In this document: positions 37,790 to 46,583 of the stretch, one piece after another | Position numbering within the stretch: the stretch's first letter is position 1 | Layout of the letters: each line of letters starts with the position of its first letter | DNA from: an uncultured Chroococcidiopsis sp. | GTDB taxonomy: Bacteria; Cyanobacteriota; Cyanobacteriia; Cyanobacteriales; Chroococcidiopsidaceae | DNA length: 52,749 bases | Assembly: GCA_964248365.1 (NCBI GenBank) | Contig: CAXTYC010000036.1 | Location: 1 to 52,749 of the forward strand | Direction of reading: 5' to 3' | The notes under the pieces: model-generated | Databases searched by the model: none | The model's input: only the letters and a program-made list of their open reading frames with translations | What the model was told of the DNA's origin: nothing | Translations under genes and position numbers: made by a program

Positions 37790-40138
37790 CTAGTCCCCAG
37801 CCCCTAGATTAAGAGGTAGTTTAACTACAAATGTTGTGCCGCTGTCTACTTCACTCTTGACAAAAATCTGACCATTGTGTAAATCTACAGACTTTTTCAC
37901 AATGGCTAACCCTAGCCCTGTACCTGAGATTGTACCAACATTGCTAGCTCGATGAAAAGAATTAAATAGTTGTGTTTGATCTGCTTGTGGGATACCAATA
38001 CCTTGATCTTGAATTTGGAAAATTGCGGCTTTTTGTTCTGGAATGAATTCAAACTTGACAGTACCACCAGAGGGCGAATACTTAATTGCATTTGATAGTA
38101 AATTAGTGAAAATGTGCCGCAACAGTTTTTCATCCATACAAGCATTGGCACATTTACCCGCAGTGCGCAAGACAATTGTATGATTTTGGGCAGCCAGTTG
38201 CATCTCTTCCACCAGTTCTCGACAAAATTGTACTAAATTCAAGGGTGTGGGGTTAAACTCTAGTTTGCCTGCTTCGGCTTTACCAATTAACAAAACATCG
38301 TTCAACAATCCAGTCATGTGTTTGACAGCTATTTGAATTCGCTGGAGATGTTTGAGTTTTTTTTCTTCACTCCATATACTGCCGTAATCTTGCAGTAACT
38401 CAGCAGAAGATAAAATCGTAGTCAAAGGTGTGCGGAACTCATGAGATGTCATCGAGACAAAACGGGATTTTAATTCATGAAGTTCCTTTTCTTTTTCTAG
38501 AGCGTGGCGAATGTCTGCTTCTGCTTGCTTACGCTCAGTAATGTCGCGCACAATAGCCATGACTTGATCTTCAGCACTAATAGCGATCCGTGCTTCATAG
38601 TCAAGCAAATTGTCATTTACCAACATTTGGTACTCAAAGATTTGAATGTCTTTGTTTGCAAGTACTAGCGAGATGCTTTCCATCAGCGGTTGAGCCACTT
38701 CTATTGGAAACACTTGCTCGACTTTTTTGCCCACTACGCGATCGCGTAAGGGCAAAATATTGTCCTTGGCTGCTTTATAATTGACGATCGCGCCGTCTTT
38801 GCTAATGTGAAATATTGAATCTGGAATTGCATTGAGCAAAGCTCGATTGGTTGCTACGCTGGCTCGCAGCGCTTCTTCTGCTCGTTTACGTTCTGTAATT
38901 TCTTTCCTTAGTTGCTCGTTTGCTTGGCTTAGTTGGGCTGTGCGTTGTGCTACTCTAATCTCTAGTTCGTCATAAGCCTGTTGCAGTAATGCTTCAACTT
39001 GTTTGCGCTCGGTGATGTCACGGACAATAGCCAAGACTTCATCATTACCACTGACAACAATCCGCGCTTCTTCCTCCCAAATTTGACCATTGATTGGTAG
39101 CTTATATTCAAAAATTTGGGGTTTCCCCGTCGAGAGAGCTAGCTTTACATAATGCATTCTTTGCTGCGCTACTTCTTGTGGCATCGTATCATACTCATTT
39201 GAGCCTAACATTTGACTATTAGTTGCCAAACTCTCGCTGTCTTTGGCTGGTATGTAGTCTAGATACGTACCATCTTTACTAATTCGCAAGATTAAATCTG
39301 GTATAGCATTGAGCAAGGCGCGGTTTTTAGCTTCACTTTCCCGTAGTGCTATCTCTGTCTGCTTGCGTTTAGTAACATCAACAACGTAGCTTCTGATCAA
39401 ATCGCTTTCGGCAATGTAGTGAACAGATTGTTCAAAAATACAGTCAGCGACTTCAACCTCACGAACAAAAAATTTTTCCTTGCCACTGCGAACTGTTGAT
39501 ACTATTCCTGCTAAAATTGGATGTCGCAGCTTAGCTTCTCTAATATCTGGAAATTGTGTAACTGCTGCTGGATTGAGATAGGTAATCGCTCCCGATAAGT
39601 CTATTTCCAAAATTGGATTAGACAGCAATTCAGGAAAGGAAGCTAGTCGAACCAGTGACGATTCAGTAGAAGTTTCCAGTTGACCTGGAAATACAAGTTT
39701 TTTTTCAATAACATTACTTCTTAAGTTTGTCAAGACTCCAGTCACGTCATCAGCTTGAGTGTTTCTCACCCATTCTGTATTTGGTAGGTTGGCGTTATTA
39801 CAGTACCTAGCATTGACTTCCCCGCCAAAGACAATCAAATCCCCATGTTTGAGATCGTGGGAGAAGCAAGTTTGACTGTTAACTTCTATACCATTGGTAC
39901 TACGCTTGCCTTGTAAGTTACCATCAATCAGCCGAAAAAAATGACTGTCAGTGTCGGGAGTTGTCATTCTCAGCAAGATGGCGTGCTGACGAGAAACTAA
40001 CATCGAATACAGCACAATAGTGTTGGTAGAGTCTCGACCAACTGTACAGGTGGTAGCTTCTAGAATAACGGTGCGTTGACCTTGATTGTCTTCAATCTCT
40101 AGCCAATGCTGAATTTGCTGATTTTCTGCCTCTAGCAC
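37790..40138 (-). CDS. FHA-PAS sensor histidine kinase
   Basis: FHA (VGR, VSRQHA, STNG), several PAS/PAC units, H-box SHEFRTP, NLLSNAIKY, DQGIG, GTGLGL. Confidence 0.93.
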   Translation of the reverse strand: MLEAENQQIQHWLEIEDNQGQRTVILEATTCTVGRDSTNTIVLYSMLVSRQHAILLRMTTPDTDSHFFRLIDGNLQGKRSTNGIEVNSQTCFSHDLKHGDLIVFGGEVNARYCNNANLPNTEWVRNTQADDVTGVLTNLRSNVIEKKLVFPGQLETSTESSLVRLASFPELLSNPILEIDLSGAITYLNPAAVTQFPDIREAKLRHPILAGIVSTVRSGKEKFFVREVEVADCIFEQSVHYIAESDLIRSYVVDVTKRKQTEIALRESEAKNRALLNAIPDLILRISKDGTYLDYIPAKDSESLATNSQMLGSNEYDTMPQEVAQQRMHYVKLALSTGKPQIFEYKLPINGQIWEEEARIVVSGNDEVLAIVRDITERKQVEALLQQAYDELEIRVAQRTAQLSQANEQLRKEITERKRAEEALRASVATNRALLNAIPDSIFHISKDGAIVNYKAAKDNILPLRDRVVGKKVEQVFPIEVAQPLMESISLVLANKDIQIFEYQMLVNDNLLDYEARIAISAEDQVMAIVRDITERKQAEADIRHALEKEKELHELKSRFVSMTSHEFRTPLTTILSSAELLQDYGSIWSEEKKLKHLQRIQIAVKHMTGLLNDVLLIGKAEAGKLEFNPTPLNLVQFCRELVEEMQLAAQNHTIVLRTAGKCANACMDEKLLRHIFTNLLSNAIKYSPSGGTVKFEFIPEQKAAIFQIQDQGIGIPQADQTQLFNSFHRASNVGTISGTGLGLAIVKKSVDLHNGQIFVKSEVDSGTTFVVKLPLNLGAGD

Positions 40139-40727
40139 TTTATATACTTAAATATCTGAGTTATGGGGGGTGTTACTATATATTCTTCCCAATCCCAACT
40201 ATAAAAGTTTAAGGTAACTTTGGGTAGAAAATACTTTGTTAAGTTAGTAGCTGGCTAATATTCAGGTAGTAATACGGTGCTTCAGAGCATAAAAGATGTT
40301 TTAATTGCACCGAAATGAGCTAATGCAGGCTAAATTGCCTAAAAACTGCTTGACATTAACAATACTTTGGGTCATAACTTTCTTAAGCTTCGCTAACGCA
40401 ATGCCTAAGTTAAGTATAATTTTTTAATAAATCTGTCTTTACCTCTTCTTTCTCGGCTCTTGAAACCAGAGATTTATAAACTAATCGTCATTCCTTTTGC
40501 CGATGTGTCATGTGTGTTAGGCACAGCCGCATATGTGAAGTGCTTGGTTTTGAGTGCATTACCAAGAGCGAAGACTGCACTCGAATATGGTGCAACGCCT
40601 TCATACTCGCATTTCTTATCATTTTAGATGCCCGAATTGTTAAACAGACATCAACAAATGATTTAAGTATTCTAACTGTTGCGATCTCAAAAAGATTTTG
40701 CGCTCTTTGATTCGGTTGAACAAAAAA

Positions 40728-40755
40728 GTAGAGACATGAATAATCATGTCTCCAC
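40728..40755. repeat. REP-like palindrome (GTAG family)
   Basis: GTAGAGACATGA-ATAA-TCATGTCTCCAC. Confidence 0.75.
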
Positions 40756-40920
40756 GTCTTCAGTAGTCGGCACTCATTACTTTTGTGAAGCTTTTAGCTC
40801 CCATCTAAACGTTAGACTTCTTGCAAAAACCACTCGTATTTTCTAGGTGCAAAGTATTTGAACAGGATTGTCCCTTTGCTCCCCTGTTGTCTATACGAGA
40901 AATCTATCACAAGAATTGTA

Positions 40921-41238
40921 TTATCTCTGAGGAGGTTCTTCGCCTTGTATATACATTGGCGGTTCAATGGCAAAGTTATCTAACCTACCAGATTCATCAA
41001 TTACGTAACCATCTGTAGTAGTGAAACCCTCTCCTTCCTCTTCTTCTTGTTCTTCAAAAGCTTCTAGCTGTTGTACGTCCAACTCTACGTTGGTATTACC
41101 AGGAATTATCGCATCGGGAGCATTAACTGCTGTTGTTTGTGCTGTTTGCACTCCTATATGATTGTCTCCTGGTGCGCCTCTTCCAGGTTCAGCTTCTCTT
41201 GGATCTTCTGGTAAAACTTGCTTTTCTTCGTTAGCCAT
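40921..41238 (-). CDS. acidic soluble protein with a Psb34/Ssl1498-like motif
   Basis: GAGGA RBS before ATG; C-terminal DESGRLDNFAIEPPMY. Confidence 0.75.
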   Translation of the reverse strand: MANEEKQVLPEDPREAEPGRGAPGDNHIGVQTAQTTAVNAPDAIIPGNTNVELDVQQLEAFEEQEEEEGEGFTTTDGYVIDESGRLDNFAIEPPMYIQGEEPPQR

Positions 41239-41568
41239 AAGAATAATATCCTCAATGCTTGACTTTTAAAACAGCAGTCTGTATTAAAGCATTTACAAAC
41301 TTCTACAAACTGTTTTACTGCTCAACTTTTCGCCAGTTTGGTATCAAAATATCTGGTTTTGTAGCAAGCTTGTCTCTTTCGTGAGGATTAAATTACCAAG
41401 ACGCAAGGAAGAGATTGAGAATAATTCGTAATTCGCAGGGCGCGTAATTCGGAAGGCATAAGGCTTGAGGCCTGAGGCGAGAGGCCTGAGGATTTTAGAT
41501 TGACAAGGAGAGGGGGGGGAAGCTGGTTGACTGACAAAACTCTTAAAGCCCAATCCTCATATTGCCAT

Positions 41569-41690
41569 CCCGCCTTGGATTCAAATCCAAGGCTCGTAGC
41601 ACAAGTGGGTTGAAACGGACTACCATCAAGGGTTGTAGTCGGTTTGAACCGAATGCGCGCCATGAGCCTGTCACTTGAGTGACAGGCGGG
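41569..41690. repeat. compound palindromic REP/REPIN-like element
   Basis: Terminal hairpins GCCTTGGAT-TCAA-ATCCAAGGC and GCCTGTCACT-TG-AGTGACAGGC around inverted arms GGTTGAAACGGACTA / TAGTCGGTTTGAACC. Confidence 0.8.
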
Positions 41691-41791
41691 TGTGAAGGGA
41701 TCTCAAAAGATTTGTTAGTCTAATCAGGGGGGGAAGCCTACACTATACCCCTTGTCCCCTTGTCTCCTTGTCCTCTCCTAGCCCCTACTAT

Positions 41792-42811
41792 TCAAATATC
41801 ATCGCCTGGGAAGAAGTTTCCCAAAACTGCTGCTAATCCTAGTCCTACAACTGCCAAAGCACCCCACTTCAACGGTGGATTCATATCGAGCCAGTCAGTA
41901 AAGGTTGGTATTGTCAAGTTGTCAAAATCTCCCTTAACTTTGTCGTAGCCTGGGATAGGCTCGTAGAGATTGTCTGGTGCGTCTTCAGACTTTGGCTCAT
42001 TGGTACGCTGCAACGGGAAGGCGACGAGCGCCAATATATTATCTACTAACCCAGGGGATATTCTTTGCATTACATCCAATACCCTACCAACATCCCCAGC
42101 GATAAAGTCACGAGTTGGATGTTCAGCAACATAAAGGATGGCATCAGCAACAATGCTCGGATCGTAGTATGGTGGTATACCTGTCGGCTTTACACCGAGC
42201 TTGGTGCGTACTTTATTGTAGAATGGCGTGTTGATGACCGAAGGTAAGATACTCGTGACACTGATGGGGATGCCTTCGTGTTTTAGCTCGACGCGCAGAG
42301 ATTCCAGAAATCCTTCTACACCATGCTTGGCTGAAGAGTAGGGACTTTGCAAGGGTAATGAGCGTCTGCCTTCCATTGAGGAGATATGAATGAGCGCTCC
42401 CCGTCCTTCGCGTTTAAGATGAGGTAGGGCTGCCATTGCTCCATACACTTGCCCCATTAAGCTAACGTCGATGACGCGCTTAAATTCCTCTGGGGTGATT
42501 TGTTCAAATGGGGCGAGGATTCCCGTAGCGGCGGCGTGTACCCAAGTATCGAGTCTACCGTACACTTGGACTGTTTTATCTGCGATCGCCTTTACCTGCT
42601 CGAAATCGCTCACGTCTGCAACTATATATGTTGCTTCACCGCCAGATGTCTGAATCTCATTTACCAAGGATGCTAAACCCGGCTCACTTCGGGCGGCTAC
42701 GACTACTTTTGCCCCTTTGCTGGCAAACTTCAGGGCTGCTTCCCGCCCAATGCCGCTGGAAGCTCCCACAATTGCGACAATTTGTTGATTGATTGGCTTG
42801 AGCTGTGTCAC
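41792..42811 (-). CDS. SDR-family oxidoreductase
   Basis: GASSGIG, YSSAK; GTG start with AAGGAG RBS. Confidence 0.93.
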   Translation of the reverse strand: MTQLKPINQQIVAIVGASSGIGREAALKFASKGAKVVVAARSEPGLASLVNEIQTSGGEATYIVADVSDFEQVKAIADKTVQVYGRLDTWVHAAATGILAPFEQITPEEFKRVIDVSLMGQVYGAMAALPHLKREGRGALIHISSMEGRRSLPLQSPYSSAKHGVEGFLESLRVELKHEGIPISVTSILPSVINTPFYNKVRTKLGVKPTGIPPYYDPSIVADAILYVAEHPTRDFIAGDVGRVLDVMQRISPGLVDNILALVAFPLQRTNEPKSEDAPDNLYEPIPGYDKVKGDFDNLTIPTFTDWLDMNPPLKWGALAVVGLGLAAVLGNFFPGDDI

Positions 42812-43327
42812 TGTTACTCCTTAAATTACTCTTTGTGCTTCTGCCTTGCTCAGGGGGAAGTTGAGAGTCTTTTTTCAAAAAATGAACTTTTATTAACTAG
42901 CTTAATTAAGCCAAAGTGTGCTTACCTCAGTCGTTGGGTTGACTAAAGACTCATGAGGAGAAGCAAGCACCTATACTTGTAGATAATTTTGTCAAGCACC
43001 CATCTTGGTATTTCTATATTCAACTTGGCAATTTTAAATTTTTCTACTTAATAAATAGTTAAGATATGCGCGGTTTTAAATAAGCAGCCAACTAGCTATT
43101 AGCTAACAGCTTTTTGCTGATTCATCTAATTTTTTTATAAACATTTTTCAACCTATAAATTTTGTTTTATGTGGGCTAAAACTAATTAATAAATGCCCTG
43201 GCTGGGCATTGTATATGCCAGCAAGACAAAGTTTAATACTTACATCTAGTGTTTGAAATTTGTGCGAACAGCATAAATTTACTTCTCAAAGATTGGATGT
43301 AAAAAAAGTTACTAAAGGTATATTCAG

Positions 43328-44080
43328 ATGATTACAAAACGGTTAAGAGAGTTGGTGTTGGGTTTGGCAATTTTACCAATGATTGCTTCTCCTGTTTTGG
43401 CTCATAGTATCTGGATTGAGAAAGGGGAAAACCAGGGAGAATACAAGATTTTGTATGGACATCCCGAAGAGAGTGGACCAGAGGCATACGATTCGATTAA
43501 GTTCCAAGAGGCTACGGCGTATGATGGCAATGGAAGACCTTTGCCGCTTTCAGTCAATCGAGAATACGACGGTGTAACTCTTGTTTCTGAGAGAAACGTT
43601 GCTGTAATAACTGCCAGTCATAACAATGGCTACTTTATTCGTCTGGGAGAAAACGAATACAAAAACGTATTCAGACCAGAGGCTTTAGAGGCGAACAATG
43701 AGGAGACTACAATCACTCATACATATAAGTATGCTAAGGCTTTCTATGAACAATCTCGCCTATTTCCTCAACGTTTCGGTTTGCCACTAGAAATTATCCC
43801 GCGACAAGATCCCTATACCGTTAGCGCAGGAGATAAGCTAGAGATTCGAGTATTATATCAGGGTAAGCCACAAGAGGGCGTTACTGTTGAATATGCAGGA
43901 GGAGAACCAGTAACAACGAATGCACAGGGCGTTGCTTCCGTCACTCTTAAAGAGGAAAAAGTGCAAATCATCGAAGCGGAATACAGGATGCCCTCAACCG
44001 ATGATCCTGCTACGGATGAAATTAGTTATGCCACAACATTAACCATAGATAGAACAGGCAATAGTAACTCTCAGCGCTAA
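43328..44080 (+). CDS. DUF4198-family periplasmic protein (Ni/Co uptake-associated)
   Basis: Signal peptide ending VLA-HSIWIE, YGHP, KYAKA, LEIIP, VLYQGKP, TNAQG. Confidence 0.85.
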   Translation: MITKRLRELVLGLAILPMIASPVLAHSIWIEKGENQGEYKILYGHPEESGPEAYDSIKFQEATAYDGNGRPLPLSVNREYDGVTLVSERNVAVITASHNNGYFIRLGENEYKNVFRPEALEANNEETTITHTYKYAKAFYEQSRLFPQRFGLPLEIIPRQDPYTVSAGDKLEIRVLYQGKPQEGVTVEYAGGEPVTTNAQGVASVTLKEEKVQIIEAEYRMPSTDDPATDEISYATTLTIDRTGNSNSQR

Positions 44081-44092
44081 AAGAGCGACATT

Positions 44093-44602
44093 TTACCCCT
44101 GCTTAACTAAGGCACGAAAGCGAGGCTTGAGCAATTGTCCCCACAGCTTGTTATAAGGATGAACTTTTGTTGTGGGGCTGTTATTTTTGTATACTGGACG
44201 TTGTTCGTTAGCCCATTGAAAGATACTGCCTTCAAGATTGTAGACTTGGGAAAATCCTGCCTGTTGCAACTGCTGGGCAATTCTGGCACTACGATAGCCA
44301 ACTGAGCAGTAGACAACGATGGGCGTATGCTTTGAAATGGCGATTGTCTCTAGATTAGGATTATAAGGCTCGATACGCTCTGCTTGTTGGAGATGGCTAA
44401 GTTCATACTCTGGCTGGCTACGGGCATCAAGTAGGATAGGCTTCTGTTTGCTAGAAGCATCAAGCCACTGTGCTAACTCTTTTGTAGTGAGCGAGGTAAC
44501 AGAGGGATATTCTCGGCTAATTAGACGTTTAATGATCTTAAAAGCAAGCGATCGCCAGTTCAATTCATAATTCATAACACATAATTCATAATTTTTCCTC
44601 AT
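44093..44602 (-). CDS. rhodanese-like domain protein (start uncertain)
   Basis: LLDAR...EY..SHL, VVYCSVGYRS, YNLEGSIFQW; the N-terminus lies in AATTCAT heptamers. Confidence 0.88.
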   Translation of the reverse strand: MRKNYELCVMNYELNWRSLAFKIIKRLISREYPSVTSLTTKELAQWLDASSKQKPILLDARSQPEYELSHLQQAERIEPYNPNLETIAISKHTPIVVYCSVGYRSARIAQQLQQAGFSQVYNLEGSIFQWANEQRPVYKNNSPTTKVHPYNKLWGQLLKPRFRALVKQG

Positions 44603-44686
44603 CCCTATTGTTGCGAAAAGTTTAAAATGTTTAGAAGCTAGCACAAGTATTGTTGTAATATTTGGCAACGTGACGAAGGAGAATTC

Positions 44687-45070
44687 ATGTTTGAATTTCA
44701 TACCTTAGCTGAGTTCTCACGCACTCATTGTGTCAGCATTTGTGCATTTCTAGTTCCAGCTAACTTGATTGCTACCTCAGCAACAATAATTTTTACCCTA
44801 CTGCGTCGCCCACCAGTACAGGTTTGGCAAGCGGCTGCAATTGCCAGCATTTTTGCTTTATTGATGATATGGCACGTATATACATGGTTTCAAGCTGGAG
44901 TAGTTATGGCTCCCACATACATCCTGCTATGGCTAGGAAGCAGTTGTCTTTTGACTAACTTGGGCGCAATTATTTTACTCAGACGCATGATCAGAAAAAT
45001 GATATTAGTTCAGATTTTGCACTACTACTTATCCTTGCCTTGCCTCAACATTCTCGTAGCTAGGCGATAG
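44687..45070 (+). CDS. conserved cyanobacterial membrane protein
   Basis: AAGGAG RBS, ATG, three to four hydrophobic helices. Confidence 0.75.
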   Translation: MFEFHTLAEFSRTHCVSICAFLVPANLIATSATIIFTLLRRPPVQVWQAAAIASIFALLMIWHVYTWFQAGVVMAPTYILLWLGSSCLLTNLGAIILLRRMIRKMILVQILHYYLSLPCLNILVARR

Positions 45071-45250
45071 CTGTGCTACAAGGCGCTAAAAATCTAAAAC
45101 TTCCTGTTATCAAAATCAGGTGCAACATTTTAAAGCAATCCTAATTTTGTCAGTAATAGCTTTTGATTAATTAATAATCTGTATTTGGTAATTGGTAGTT
45201 GCAGGTTGCTATTTAAAGCTATTAATATTAAATGAAAGGATAGAGATAGC

Positions 45251-45808
45251 TTGGCTAAAAAATTAGACAAAATTATTGTTGTCGATGTTGAATCAACTTG
45301 CTGGCAAGATACACCGCCCGATGGACAAGAAAGCGAAATTATTGAAATTGGTGTTTGTACAGTTGATGTTATTTCGGGAAAAAGGCTTGAGAAAGAAAGT
45401 ATCTTGGTGAAACCCGAAAAATCAAGAGTAAGTGAGTTTTGTACACAGTTAACTACTTTAACCCAGGAGCAAGTAGAAAAAGGTATCTCCTTTGCAGAAG
45501 CTTGTTCAATTCTGAAAAAGAAATATTTATCACAGCAGCGAGTTTGGGCAAGCTACGGAGATTATGACCGAAGGCAATTTGAAAGGCAATGCCAATCTCA
45601 AAAGGTTAGTTATCCTTTCGGTTCAAGACATATCAATATTAAAACTCTTTTTGCTATTATTCATGCTCTACCTTATGAAGTTGGGATGGCAGAAGCATTA
45701 GAAAGACTCAATTTGCCTCTCGAAGGTACGCATCATAGAGGTGGGGACGATGCTTGGAATATTGCAAATATATTGTCAGAATCCCTAGTTAAATTAAGAG
45801 GTAAATAA
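45251..45808 (+). CDS. DEDDh 3'-5' exonuclease (KapD/ERI-1-like)
   Basis: VVDVESTC, EIIEIG, YGDYD, HHRGGDDA. Confidence 0.92.
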   Translation: MAKKLDKIIVVDVESTCWQDTPPDGQESEIIEIGVCTVDVISGKRLEKESILVKPEKSRVSEFCTQLTTLTQEQVEKGISFAEACSILKKKYLSQQRVWASYGDYDRRQFERQCQSQKVSYPFGSRHINIKTLFAIIHALPYEVGMAEALERLNLPLEGTHHRGGDDAWNIANILSESLVKLRGK

Positions 45809-45825
45809 TAGCTAATAGTTATTAT

Positions 45826-46341
45826 ATGTTAATAATTCGTTCTGAGACAATTGAAGACTATGATACTATTTTTGAGGTAAATAAGCTAGCATTTGGGCAA
45901 GAAAACGAAGCTAGATTAGTTGAAAATATTCGTCAATCAGCTAACTTTAATCCCCAATTATCTTTGGTAGCGGTGAAAAATAGCAAAGCAGTTGGACACA
46001 TTTTGTTTAGTGAGGTAATTATTCAAAGTCAAAAGGGTGACTTTTGGGCATTAGCTCTAGCACCTCTAGCGGTTTATCCAGAATACCAAAATCAAGGCAT
46101 CGGTACTCAACTTGTACAACAGGGTTTGAAGCAGTGCAAAACTTTAGGGTACAAAGCTGTAGTAGTTATTGGTCATCCAGCCTACTATAGTCGCTTTGGG
46201 TTTTCTTCTGCTAAAGCTAAGGGATTGTTATCACCTTGGTCAGTACCAGATGAGGCATTTATGGTACTTGAACTTATGCCAGGAGCAATGGATCAAATTA
46301 GCGGCATGGTTAGATATTCATCAGCGTTTGATGAAGTTTAG
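45826..46341 (+). CDS. GNAT N-acetyltransferase (YhbS-like)
   Basis: VGHILFS, LAPLAVYPEYQNQGIG, GHPAYYSRFGF. Confidence 0.93.
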   Translation: MLIIRSETIEDYDTIFEVNKLAFGQENEARLVENIRQSANFNPQLSLVAVKNSKAVGHILFSEVIIQSQKGDFWALALAPLAVYPEYQNQGIGTQLVQQGLKQCKTLGYKAVVVIGHPAYYSRFGFSSAKAKGLLSPWSVPDEAFMVLELMPGAMDQISGMVRYSSAFDEV

Positions 46342-46372
46342 AAGGAATGGGTGGTTCCTAATATAGGAATAA

Positions 46373-46578
46373 CTCAGATCTTGCACCTGTTGCAACAACC
46401 GCCTGTCACTTAAGTGACAGGCTGATAGCCCTCACCTGTTGAAACGGGTTCAAACCTGCATTTGCGAGTCTACTTTAGTAGACTTTTCTTCTACTGTCGG
46501 TTCCTTAAAATTAATTCCAAAGCTGACTATTGCGCTAATTGAGCCTGGGGTTTAAACTCCAGGCTGCAAGATCTCAGA
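46373..46578. mobile_element. MITE-like element containing a compound REP-like palindrome
   Basis: 10-bp inverted ends AGATCTTGCA (46376) / TGCAAGATCT (46565); internal palindromes GCCTGTCACTTAAGTGACAGGC, AGTCTACTTTAGTAGACT and GCCTGGGGTTTAAACTCCAGGC. Confidence 0.7.
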
Positions 46579-46583
46579 ATAAG

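Noticed and set aside
44603..44701. Long N-terminal extension of the rhodanese ORF to 44701
   Set aside because: It overlaps the RBS and start of the divergent gene at 44687; a downstream start is more plausible.
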